DNA of 64,000 bases from a virus. The notes below the pieces were generated by a model. It had not been told where the DNA came from. It made no database searches and was given only the letters and a program-made list of their open reading frames with translations. This document shows, one piece after another, positions 29,027-38,038 of the stretch; positions within the stretch are counted from its first letter, which is position 1; each line of letters begins with the position of its first letter. The position numbers and the translations under genes were made by a program. Location of the stretch: IMG/VR virus record IMGVR_UViG_3300045988_165036, positions 32,001 through 96,000 of that record; one strand, given 5' to 3'.

Positions 29027-29651
29027 GTATAATAAGATTGAAACTGTTTATCGCCGAGACGAAAAGACGAAAAAGCTCGTTATCGGAGAATTTACTAATC
29101 CAACGATTGAGTTTTGTAAAGATCTCCCATGGACTTTTACGGAGAAAGTTGACGGATCGAATGTGAGGATTTTTTGGGACGGACACACCGTAACGTTTGG
29201 CGGTCGTACAGATAAAGCACAGATGCCGACGGCTCTTATCAATCGGTTGAATGAGCTTTTTGGCGGCGAAGCAAACGCACAGTTGTTCGAGCAGAAGTTC
29301 GGTGAAACCGAAGTCATCCTTTTTGGAGAGGGATATGGTCCGAAGATTCAGAACGGCGGCGGTTATCGCAACGATGTCGATTTTATTATTTTCGATGCGA
29401 TGATTGCGGGTAATTATCAGCCCCGCTCGTCGGTCGAAGACATTGCGCAGTATTTCGGAATTGACATTGTTCCAATCGTTCTGGAAGGGACAATTGCAGA
29501 AGGAGTAGATTATGTGCTTCATAATCGTAAGAGTCTGATTGCAAAAAATGGTGCGCTGATTGAAGGTTTGGTCGGAAAACCGAAGATTGAGCTTCGAGAC
29601 AGAATCGGCAAGAGACTGATTTGCAAAATCAAATTCAAAGATTTTGAGTAA
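29013..29651 (+). CDS. RNA-ligase-family nucleotidyltransferase
   Basis: FTEKVDGSNVRIFWDG carries the KxDG adenylylation motif. ATG 29013 with SD ggagg. Confidence 0.65.
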   Translation: MSIIEYNKIETVYRRDEKTKKLVIGEFTNPTIEFCKDLPWTFTEKVDGSNVRIFWDGHTVTFGGRTDKAQMPTALINRLNELFGGEANAQLFEQKFGETEVILFGEGYGPKIQNGGGYRNDVDFIIFDAMIAGNYQPRSSVEDIAQYFGIDIVPIVLEGTIAEGVDYVLHNRKSLIAKNGALIEGLVGKPKIELRDRIGKRLICKIKFKDFE

Positions 29652-29669
29652 AAATTTTTTGAAAACCAC

Positions 29670-29698
29670 TTGACAAAAGATATTGAGTGTGTTATACT
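29670..29698 (+). promoter_or_regulatory. sigma70/sigmaA-type promoter
   Basis: TTGACA 29670-29675, 17-bp spacer, TATACT 29693-29698. Confidence 0.75.
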
Positions 29699-29764
29699 AT
29701 TATTGCAGTGGAGAAACCACGCAAAATAAACGAAAATTTTAATTAATGAAATGGAGTTTTAACA

Positions 29765-30883
29765 ATGGCAGCAACATTTGAATTCATAGGAAAACTGAAG
29801 AAAATCGAAAAAGAAACTGAGAAATTCAAAGCATTTGAAGAAAAGCATTATGATTCTGGTTGGACCAATCAGACTTTCAAGTTCAACGCAGTCAACGACA
29901 GCAACTCACACATTATGCAGGTTCGGGCCGGATTCTGGAGCAAGACAGACGGGTCTGTTGACGTAAGTAAGATGAAGATTTATACGCAGTCGAAGGCGGA
30001 GGGTGGTGCAAAGAGTCAGCAGATGGAAGTGGCGTTTGCAGACAGAGCAAATCCCGAGGTTCTTTCTCGCGTAGCATATTTCCGCAAATTCGGCATCAAC
30101 CTTAATGCGCCCGGGGAGGCGAAGGATTCTTCGAAAGACCTCGAGTTTGTTTTTGAGGGCGATTTTATGACCGCGCTCCGTAAGTTGATGGACAATCCGA
30201 AGTTTATGGAGCGTCGAGTAAAGATTAAGGGAACGATGAACATTCAGTATGGAGAAAGTACTGGCGTGTTTTACCGCACATTTGTTCCATCTCGTATCTG
30301 GTTTGCTTCTGATGACGAGAAAGATATGATGAGACTCTCTCTCGATTTGGTTTATGGTCCCGACGCAATTGACGATGGTGATGACGGCGTTCTTCGCGTA
30401 AACTGCCATCACAGATACTATGATATGAATTATCGCAAGGATGTTTGCAAAGGTCAGGTGACTTGTCCCATTCAGTTTGTCGTGAGGGATTCAAAGATTT
30501 TCGATCTTGTGCGTCGCAGATTTACTAATTTCCCTGATGAATGCACCTTTGCGAAAGCGGATGTGGTGCTCGACGTAATCAACAGAACAGAAATGGTGTC
30601 TATAACATATGATGACCTTTCTGACGAAGCAAAAGAGAATATTGATTTCGGTCTTTCTACTCTTGAAGATGAGATTCGTCTTGCGGGGGGGACGGTGTTT
30701 GGAGATCGTGTGACGGAGCTGCGCTTTGCAAGCTCGAGAAATATTCAGGGAACTGCGTATGAGGCGGAAGACCTGCTCCCCCCGAGGCACGATTATGCAG
30801 ACAAGACTGAGGATACGAAGAGCGATCTTTCGACGGATAAGAAGGCTGACGATGAAGACTTTGACCTCTTCGGGGATCTTTAA
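29765..30883 (+). CDS. putative ssDNA-binding protein
   Basis: 372 aa. Acidic C-terminal tip DDEDFDLFGDL resembles SSB tails. Lies upstream of a Sak4-like ATPase. Confidence 0.45.
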   Translation: MAATFEFIGKLKKIEKETEKFKAFEEKHYDSGWTNQTFKFNAVNDSNSHIMQVRAGFWSKTDGSVDVSKMKIYTQSKAEGGAKSQQMEVAFADRANPEVLSRVAYFRKFGINLNAPGEAKDSSKDLEFVFEGDFMTALRKLMDNPKFMERRVKIKGTMNIQYGESTGVFYRTFVPSRIWFASDDEKDMMRLSLDLVYGPDAIDDGDDGVLRVNCHHRYYDMNYRKDVCKGQVTCPIQFVVRDSKIFDLVRRRFTNFPDECTFAKADVVLDVINRTEMVSITYDDLSDEAKENIDFGLSTLEDEIRLAGGTVFGDRVTELRFASSRNIQGTAYEAEDLLPPRHDYADKTEDTKSDLSTDKKADDEDFDLFGDL

Positions 30884-30913
30884 TTTGGCGAGAAATAAGA
30901 GAGGGGAATAATT

Positions 30914-32110
30914 ATGGCAAGACGCGGAAGAATTTGTGAAATGAAAAGAAAGTTTGAAGATTATGATTATGTAATTCTTGGTGTAGGCGGCATTGGTAAG
31001 ACAACGCTCGCGCATGAAGTTGGCAAGAAGATTGCTGGAAGTGACGAAGGAACTTTTATTATTACCTGTGGCGCCGAAAACGAACCAATGCACATTAATG
31101 GGGCGTTTGGAGAGACTGATAAAACCTTTGAGGAACTGGTTGAATGCGTAAATTATCTTTGCGAACATAAAGATGAATATCCACACACTAAGTTTGTTGC
31201 AATTGATTCGCTCGATGAGCTTGTGAGAATTGCGTGCGATTATGTGGTTCGCGAATGGAACAGATTGTGTGAGAAGGCAGGTAAGCCGGAAGACAAGTGT
31301 AAGAGCGTGGCGCAGGCCTATAAGGGGTTCCAAAAGGGAGAGGATCGCGCCATAGATCTGATTATTAAGCAGATCGTAAAACTGAAGGATTCCGGATACC
31401 ATCTTCTTTACATTGGCCACACGAAGGTAAAGAGTTCCACTGATGTTATGCAAGATAACACCAAATTTGATCAGCTCACGTGTAGCGTTCAGCCGAAGTT
31501 CTATAATGCAATCAAAGATAAGGCAAACCTCGCTGTGATGTGTTATTTTGAGAACGAGATTGTTGGCGTTAAAGAAGAAAAGAACCCGTTCAATAAGAAG
31601 ATGGAAAAGAAGGGTACTCTCGTGAATAAAAAGAGAGTTATGCTTTTTACAGACGATTCTAATACTGTTGATACGAAGACTCATTTTGAGTATATTGTCA
31701 ACAAGGCAGATATGAGCGCCGACAATCTTATTGAGGCGGTCGAGGATGCGATTGCCGCAAAACTTGCCGCTCCTGTTGGGGCGCATAAGTCGCCTGAAAT
31801 GGTCGAAATGGCAATGTCTGCGTCCGAGTCTTCTTCCGATGAAGACCTCGACTCAACAGACGATGCCTCTGGCGTTGACGACCTCGACCCAGACACTTCC
31901 AACGTCGATCTCGATATGGACAATGCGGACACTGCTCCGACCATCGACAATCTTCGCGCGGAGATTCAGGGAAAGCTTCGTACAGCAAGCGCAGAGGTGA
32001 AGAAGAAGGCAAGAGAAATTCTGATTACCGAAGCGGCAGACCCGGAGAAGGTCAAGTTGGCGGATGCGACGGTTGAAACGCTGAACAAGATCCTTGCAAT
32101 TCTGGATTGA
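30914..32110 (+). CDS. Sak4-like P-loop ATPase (recombination)
   Basis: Walker A GVGGIGKTT, Walker B FVAIDSLDE, acidic S/D-rich C-terminal region. Confidence 0.6.
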   Translation: MARRGRICEMKRKFEDYDYVILGVGGIGKTTLAHEVGKKIAGSDEGTFIITCGAENEPMHINGAFGETDKTFEELVECVNYLCEHKDEYPHTKFVAIDSLDELVRIACDYVVREWNRLCEKAGKPEDKCKSVAQAYKGFQKGEDRAIDLIIKQIVKLKDSGYHLLYIGHTKVKSSTDVMQDNTKFDQLTCSVQPKFYNAIKDKANLAVMCYFENEIVGVKEEKNPFNKKMEKKGTLVNKKRVMLFTDDSNTVDTKTHFEYIVNKADMSADNLIEAVEDAIAAKLAAPVGAHKSPEMVEMAMSASESSSDEDLDSTDDASGVDDLDPDTSNVDLDMDNADTAPTIDNLRAEIQGKLRTASAEVKKKAREILITEAADPEKVKLADATVETLNKILAILD

Positions 32111-32121
32111 GGGGAATAACT

Positions 32122-32472
32122 GTGAAATTCATTATTTCGCGCACGAGCGAGTGGGGCGACTCCTCGCCGTGCGCAGAGGCGAAGAACGAGACAATCTGGG
32201 TTACGGAAAATAATAAGTGTTCAAGTTTTGAAGAATATGATAGATTGTATTCAAACAGAATACCTTGGCTATCTGTCGGCAAAAATCATAGGATTTCGTT
32301 AAATGGACACATTCAGAGAGATGTTGAACAAGCGGAATGGATAGTAGATATTAATTCGATGGAAGATTTGTCGGAACTGTCCAAAAAATATGGAGAGCTA
32401 ATAATAGGTACTCAGCTTTTTCCGGGGAAAATCGCTCCTTATATTGAGATTTACGATGATTATCGTGAATAA
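32122..32472 (+). CDS. hypothetical protein
   Basis: ORF with SD gagggga before GTG 32122. Confidence 0.5.
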   Translation: MKFIISRTSEWGDSSPCAEAKNETIWVTENNKCSSFEEYDRLYSNRIPWLSVGKNHRISLNGHIQRDVEQAEWIVDINSMEDLSELSKKYGELIIGTQLFPGKIAPYIEIYDDYRE

Positions 32473-32571
32473 AACCGCATTCAACCAATAAGACAGTAAA
32501 TAAGTGAGGGATCTGTTCAAGAACTTTATAGACGGAAGACACTCGACTCCGCTCTTTCTCCGTATAACGCA

Positions 32572-33270
32572 ATGCGTCTGTGTTGTGATAGCGAAGAGCA
32601 CCCCGAAACAGTCCCTGTTATTCTTGCACTCGATGTAACGGGGTCTATGGGTAAGGCGGCGGAAAAAATCGCTAAAAAGCTCAATGTTATTATGACGAAG
32701 CTTTTCGGGGAAGTAAAAGATATCGAGTTTATGACGATAGGAATTGGAGATCTCGCATATGATTCCTATCCGATTCAGGCAACGCAGTTTGAATCCGATA
32801 TTCGAATTGCGGAACAGCTTGGAAAGATTTATTTCGAATTTGGTGGTGGTACGAATCCGTATGAATCATATACCGCCGCGTGGTATTTCGGACTTCATAA
32901 CACGGAACTTGATTGTTGGAAGCGTAACAAGAAAGGTATTATCGTAACTATTGGCGACTAATTTATCAACCCGATTCTGCCGTATAGAAACCTAAATGCC
33001 ATTCTTGGAAGTTCGGAACAGTCTGATGTTGAAACAAAGGCTCTTTACGAAGAGGTAGCGAAGAAGTTTGATGTTTATCATATCGACATTTCGCACCGTA
33101 CCAGATATTCGGAAGACGAACTTCATAAGTCTTGGGCTATTCTTGGAGATCATTATATCAGATCTGATCTCAATAGCACAGTAGATAACATCATTGATGT
33201 GATTAAGCGTTCGGTTGATGGCATTAGCACTGGAAATGTTTCTGTCGGAGCGGACGGAATTAGTTGGTAA
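32572..33270 (+). CDS. von Willebrand factor A domain protein interrupted by one in-frame TAA (32959-32961)
   Basis: MIDAS context VILALDVTGSMG. After ..IIVTIGD-TAA the same frame stays open for 102 more codons (FINPILPYRNLNAILGS...VGADGISW*) with no start codon of its own. The 5' start is also uncertain. Confidence 0.6.
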
Positions 33271-33288
33271 AATATAGGAGATAATAAA

Positions 33289-34452
33289 ATGTTGGAAAGC
33301 GTTAAATTTGTAATCGGGTCCAATTTTGGAGACGAGGGAAAAGGTCTTGTAACAAATTATTTTTGCGAACAGGCTTTTGCTAATGAGAAGAAGTGTGTAA
33401 ACATTTTGACAAATGGCGGTTCTCAAAGAGCTCACACGGTTGAATTCCCCGATGGCAAAAGACACGTTTTCCAACATTTTGGTTCTGGAACATTTTCGGG
33501 AGCGATTACTTTTCTTTCTGGGTTTTTCATTGTTAATCCAATGACTTTCCGAACAGAGCATCAAACGCTTCTAAATATAGGAGAACATCCGGTCGTATTG
33601 TGTGATTATCATTGCCGATTTTCCACACCGTGGGATATGATGATTAATCAAATTGTCGAAGCAAGTCGCGGCGATAAAAAGCACGGTTCTTGTGGAATGG
33701 GAATTTGGGAGACGGTTGATCGGTACGGAACCAAAAATGGAATCACTATTGCCGACATCTACTATTTAAGCCGTGAATCAAGACGGTTGTATTTAAGCGG
33801 TCTTCGAGACAATTATTTCAAAAATAGATTGGAAAAATATGGGATGAAGAAAGTTCCCGATGAATGGTCGGAAATTTGGTATTCTCCAATTTTACTCGAA
33901 AATTTTCTAAACGATTTAGCCTATTTCTTTTTGAATGTTCAATTGGAATATTCGACGGCGATTAAGAAATTCGATACGGCAGTCTTTGAAAACGGACAGG
34001 GACTTTTGTTGAGCAATCCAATGTATGGAGATAACACAACTCCCTCCAACACTGGAGCAACATATGGAGCGTCAATTCTGTGGGAGCTCGGATTAGAAAA
34101 TGTAGACACCGAACTTTGCTATGTTTCTCGAACATATATGACACGCCACGGAGCCGGAGATTTTATTACGGAAAGCAAAAGTTCGACATTTGGTGGGCTT
34201 GTGGATAAAACTAATATTTCAAATCCATTTCAGGGGTCTTTGAGGTATGGAGATTTGAATACGAAGGGTTTGTTTGAGCGAGTGCGAGCAGACAGTGAAG
34301 AGGCTTCAAGAAAGTTGCATAATGTTAAAACGTCTGTTATCTTTACGCACACTAATGAATTGGGAATTGATTTGAATGGAATAAAATGTTCTGGAATTGA
34401 TACCATTTATGGCTCTGATTCTCCCTTTTCGGATTCAATTAAAATGATTTAA
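33289..34452 (+). CDS. divergent adenylosuccinate synthetase-like enzyme (PurA/PurZ family)
   Basis: N-terminal P-loop IGSNFGDEGKGLVTNYF, GGSQRAHTV in place of PurA GGHNAGHT, HGSCGMGIWET in place of GTTGRGIGP. 387 aa. Confidence 0.75.
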   Translation: MLESVKFVIGSNFGDEGKGLVTNYFCEQAFANEKKCVNILTNGGSQRAHTVEFPDGKRHVFQHFGSGTFSGAITFLSGFFIVNPMTFRTEHQTLLNIGEHPVVLCDYHCRFSTPWDMMINQIVEASRGDKKHGSCGMGIWETVDRYGTKNGITIADIYYLSRESRRLYLSGLRDNYFKNRLEKYGMKKVPDEWSEIWYSPILLENFLNDLAYFFLNVQLEYSTAIKKFDTAVFENGQGLLLSNPMYGDNTTPSNTGATYGASILWELGLENVDTELCYVSRTYMTRHGAGDFITESKSSTFGGLVDKTNISNPFQGSLRYGDLNTKGLFERVRADSEEASRKLHNVKTSVIFTHTNELGIDLNGIKCSGIDTIYGSDSPFSDSIKMI

Positions 34453-34460
34453 AAACTTTC

Positions 34461-34488
34461 AAAACCCTCTTGACAACGAGAGGGTTTT
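34461..34488 (+). terminator. terminator-like hairpin whose loop carries the -35 box
   Basis: aaaaccctct (34461-34470) pairs perfectly with agagggtttt (34479-34488). Loop is tgacaacg. 3' T-run present. Confidence 0.5.
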
Positions 34489-34498
34489 GTGTTATACT
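34470..34498 (+). promoter_or_regulatory. sigma70/sigmaA-type promoter
   Basis: TTGACA 34470-34475, 17-bp spacer, TATACT 34493-34498. Confidence 0.75.
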
Positions 34499-34528
34499 TA
34501 TGATAGAAACTGGAAGGAGAATTGATTT

Positions 34529-35071
34529 ATGTTGAATATTGGTTATTTGACTTCTGATACAACCGCTTGCGGGGATGAGATGTATACCCCGTTTTATGCA
34601 GTTGCGCCTCTTGTCAAGCACTTGAAGAATAGCGGGTATAAAACCATTTGGTGTCCGTTTGACGAGGAGTGGAGCGCGTATGTCAGAATGTTCAAAGAAG
34701 AGGGGTTTAACGTTATTCGGAGCTTGTTGTCTGATGGAAAAGACTTCTTTCAATATGAGCCCGACGAGCCGTATGATGTTATTATTAGTAATCCGCCGTT
34801 TTCAAAAAAAGACGAGGTTATTCGCCGACTTGATGAACTCGGAAAACCGTTCGCGATTCTCCTTCCGTTAAATAGTTTACAGGGGAAGTCACGATTTGAT
34901 GTTTTCAAAAATGGAATTCAACTTTTGAGTTTTGACCAACGTATCGGATTTCATACTCCAAAAAGTATGAAGACGCCCCTTGAGGGCAGCCCGTTTGCAT
35001 CTGCGTATTTTTGCCGAGATTTCTTGCCGAGATTTCTTGCCGAGAGACTTGATTGTAGAGCGGTTGGATAA
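34529..35071 (+). CDS. small NPPF-motif methyltransferase (putative N6-adenine type)
   Basis: VIISNPPFSKKDE carries the amino-methyltransferase motif IV. The 3' end is altered by a 13-bp tandem duplication. Confidence 0.5.
   Translation: MLNIGYLTSDTTACGDEMYTPFYAVAPLVKHLKNSGYKTIWCPFDEEWSAYVRMFKEEGFNVIRSLLSDGKDFFQYEPDEPYDVIISNPPFSKKDEVIRRLDELGKPFAILLPLNSLQGKSRFDVFKNGIQLLSFDQRIGFHTPKSMKTPLEGSPFASAYFCRDFLPRFLAERLDCRAVG
35012..35045 (+). repeat. 13-bp tandem duplication (2.6 copies)
   Basis: tgccgagatttct at 35012-35024 and 35025-35037, then partial copy tgccgaga at 35038-35045. Confidence 0.9.
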
Positions 35072-35107
35072 ATATGATAGACCTCTAATAGAGGATGGTG
35101 CGAGTGG

Positions 35108-35638
35108 ATGTTAATTGAGTGTTTTTGCGGTTGCCGGAACAAAATCGAGCAATCTTGCGCATATAAGGTTGTTCTCGGTGGAACTCGTAAAGTTTACTTT
35201 TTGAACGAACAACATTATCGCCGTTGGCAGGACAAAAATTCGGCAAAATCCAATAAGATTGATGAAAAAGAATTCGCTCCGATTTACGATGCTGTGCTCG
35301 ATATTTGCGGAGGAAAATTTACCGGACGAACCATCGTTTGGAAGGAATACTTGACTTGGAAAGAAGCCGTCGATGGGAATGGCAACAAAGTCAAGTGGTA
35401 TTTGACAGAGAATAAACGCTCGCTGTCGGAGACATTGAAGAAAAAGTATTTTGAGAGCGACTTCGGTATGATTAAATATTTGAGTGCAATTGTTAAAAGC
35501 AATGTGGCGCAGTATCGGTCGAATGAGTATATGAGTTTGCCGCTGAAAGAATCTGAATCACAGGTGAAAGAAAATACGGCGGTAATCCCGAATAGTAAAC
35601 GAAGAAAGTCGTTGGCAGAATTGGAGGACGAAGCGTAA
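35108..35638 (+). CDS. hypothetical protein
   Basis: 176-aa ORF upstream of the helicase gene. Confidence 0.55.
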   Translation: MLIECFCGCRNKIEQSCAYKVVLGGTRKVYFLNEQHYRRWQDKNSAKSNKIDEKEFAPIYDAVLDICGGKFTGRTIVWKEYLTWKEAVDGNGNKVKWYLTENKRSLSETLKKKYFESDFGMIKYLSAIVKSNVAQYRSNEYMSLPLKESESQVKENTAVIPNSKRRKSLAELEDEA

Positions 35639-35640
35639 AC

Positions 35641-37248
35641 ATGTGTCAGATGGAACAGTTTGTAACAGGTGTTGTTGATCAGTATCCGCAGGAGCTTCTT
35701 GAAAATAGATTAACAATTGAAGGAAATTTAATTGCGTGCCTTTACGCAGATATTACGCTGTATGACGATATAAAATCCACGGTTTCTTCGGAAACATTTC
35801 TCTCTCGGCACGGAAGACTTCTTTTTGGAGTTGTTAAATATCTTCGCGAAAAGCACTTTAATGTAATCGATGAGGTGACAGTTCTTTCCAATTGTCCGGA
35901 AGAGGTCCTTGATCGTCTGCAGAGTATCGGTGGTTGGAAGACAATTCAGAAACTTGCTTCCACCGTTGATCTGAAGAACTGGGATGCGATTCTGGACGAG
36001 TTCAACAAAAGCAACATTATTCTGAAACTTCACAAGAATGGATTTAATCTTCTCGAAGAAGTAACGCTTGACAATGGGAAGAAGATTAAACCACTGAAAC
36101 TGTTTGAGAAGTTTAGCGCCAACAACGTTACTGAATGGTATGAAGAGAGGATTGCTAATATTTCAATTAACAATAGCGCTTCTTCGATGAAGATTATTAG
36201 TGACGGAGCTGCTTTGTTTGGGGATGAGTTTCTTGAAAGTTTGAAAGAAGACGGAGATGATGGGGTATCTCTTAGTGAGGCTGGATTGAATTTTGAAGAA
36301 AAAGAAATACCGATGTTTCCATTTTTGTCAAGACAGACATCTGGACTTCATCGTGGGACAACGAGTGCGCTCGCCTCTCACTCCGGATGCGGTAAAACAA
36401 ACCTTATGATGAACATTGTCTTTACTCTTCTTCAAAAGGGGCTTCGTGGCGTTTTTATTAGTAACGAAATGTCAGAAAGAGAACTAAAAATAATTATGAT
36501 GATGATTATTTTGGTTCAATATAGAAATTATTGGAAGATTACGAAGAAAAAGCTTCGTAATAACGATTTGACAGAGGAAGACAAAGACGAAGTTCGAGCT
36601 GCTTCGAAATGGTGGGATAATGGACCAGGAAAAAACTTAAAAATTGTCACAATGAGCGACGCCGATTCCTCTTTGACACATGATATTATTAAAAAAGAGG
36701 CTCTTCGCAATGGAATTGATTTTTATGTCGTGGACACTTTCAAGATGACACTCGAAGAGGGTGGAAACTCTGCGTTCTGGATTGATTTGATTAAAGATTC
36801 TCGAGATATGGATTCTCTCGCGAAAAAATACAATCTTATCGGTCTTTATACCATTCAGCTTGTTGCGAACAGTATTGGAAACCTGTTCCTTAATGCGTCG
36901 GCACTTTCCGGTTCGAAAGCTATAAAAGAGGTTGTCAGTTTGTTGTTTTTCCTTAGAAAATGTGAGGCAGAAGAGCTCGAAGCAGGCGGCCCATATGATT
37001 TCAGACCGTTTAGGTCGAAACAACAATCCGATGGATCGTGGAAAGATGAACCATACGATCTGGATGAAAAAGAGCGCAGAGAGGTTTATCGCGTTTTATC
37101 AGTTGACAAAAATCGATACGGAGCGGATGCTGGAGATAACGGAGTTGCGTTCTTGTATAAATATCGTGGGGATTTTTGTAAATGGGGAGAAACTTGTAAG
37201 GTTAGACCTGTTCATAAACGAATTGGACAGGATACAAACGCAAGATAA
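35641..37248 (+). CDS. DnaB-like replicative helicase
   Basis: Walker A SHSGCGKTNLMMN, Walker B FYVVDTF, RecA-like C-domain. Confidence 0.8.
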   Translation: MCQMEQFVTGVVDQYPQELLENRLTIEGNLIACLYADITLYDDIKSTVSSETFLSRHGRLLFGVVKYLREKHFNVIDEVTVLSNCPEEVLDRLQSIGGWKTIQKLASTVDLKNWDAILDEFNKSNIILKLHKNGFNLLEEVTLDNGKKIKPLKLFEKFSANNVTEWYEERIANISINNSASSMKIISDGAALFGDEFLESLKEDGDDGVSLSEAGLNFEEKEIPMFPFLSRQTSGLHRGTTSALASHSGCGKTNLMMNIVFTLLQKGLRGVFISNEMSERELKIIMMMIILVQYRNYWKITKKKLRNNDLTEEDKDEVRAASKWWDNGPGKNLKIVTMSDADSSLTHDIIKKEALRNGIDFYVVDTFKMTLEEGGNSAFWIDLIKDSRDMDSLAKKYNLIGLYTIQLVANSIGNLFLNASALSGSKAIKEVVSLLFFLRKCEAEELEAGGPYDFRPFRSKQQSDGSWKDEPYDLDEKERREVYRVLSVDKNRYGADAGDNGVAFLYKYRGDFCKWGETCKVRPVHKRIGQDTNAR

Positions 37249-37271
37249 AAAATGAGTAAGGAGAAAATAAA

Positions 37272-37757
37272 ATGATTATTATTGGATTTCCCGGGATTGG
37301 TAAAAGTAGCGTAACTCGCGCATATGAGGGCGACGCCAACACAACTGGTTATATCGACCTTGAAAGCAGTAATTTTGTTAAGGACGACAACTGGGTGAAG
37401 GAATACTGCGACCTTGCTCTTGACCTTGATTTACAGGGATATAATGTTTTTGTTTCGTCTCACAAGAATGTGCGAGAATATTTAGTAGAGAAACAAGACA
37501 TTTTTCCGTACATTATGGTGATATTCCCGTCGAAAGAAATACGTACCGAGTGGCTGAACAGGCTCGAATCTCGTTATATGAAGTGCAAAACTGATAAAAA
37601 CGAAAGAGCTCTAAGCTATATGCGCAACAATTTCGATGATGCCGTAGATGAAATGGAGCACGATGCGATTGTTCATAAGGTTCTGATCACCAAAGAAAAT
37701 ATGAATGATTTGAAGAAGGCGATGGTGGATTATTGGAATAAGTGGTATTCTGAATAA
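37272..37757 (+). CDS. P-loop (nucleotide/nucleoside) kinase-like protein
   Basis: MIIIGFPGIGKSSV Walker A. 161 aa. Confidence 0.55.
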   Translation: MIIIGFPGIGKSSVTRAYEGDANTTGYIDLESSNFVKDDNWVKEYCDLALDLDLQGYNVFVSSHKNVREYLVEKQDIFPYIMVIFPSKEIRTEWLNRLESRYMKCKTDKNERALSYMRNNFDDAVDEMEHDAIVHKVLITKENMNDLKKAMVDYWNKWYSE

Positions 37758-37759
37758 TT

Positions 37760-38038
37760 AAAAAAATAATTTTATTTGGAGGATATTGTGGTCAACCGCC
37801 CAGTTTCCTAAATGAGATGTGGGCTTGAGTAATCGAGCCCACTGATTGATCAGACTAAGTGTTTCGAGCACTACGTTATCAAAGAATATATAGGCACCGT
37901 TGGATGTACTCTCCAGTCTGACGCACTGCGGTATGTGATTAAACAGTTCTGATGGGTAGGAACAGTGTTGCATACGAAAACCTTTGAATAACATTGTCGT
38001 GGAGTAACTACTCTAACATACAGGAGGTTATAGAAACA
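37760..38038 (+). ncRNA. candidate IscB omegaRNA (locus 2)
   Basis: ~280-nt non-coding stretch 5' of the second iscB. Shares ACTACGTT (37870-37877) and GGATGTACTCtcCAGTCTGAcGCaCTGCG (37902-37930) with locus 1. Hairpin gtgggcttgagtaatcgagcccac. Confidence 0.65.

Noticed and set aside
29765-30883. Calling this gene a definite SSB or recombinase.
   Set aside because: Only the acidic C-terminal tail and the neighbourhood support it. I could not see a clear OB-fold signature, so it is kept as a low-confidence call.
28467-31786. Two very long minus-strand ORFs (28467-29669, 400 aa; 30491-31786, 431 aa).
   Set aside because: They are antisense to plus-strand genes with clear motifs (KxDG ligase, Walker A/B ATPase). 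They have odd, low-complexity composition and lack ribosome-binding sites. I treat them as shadow ORFs. The same judgement applies to the other minus-strand ORFs in the track.
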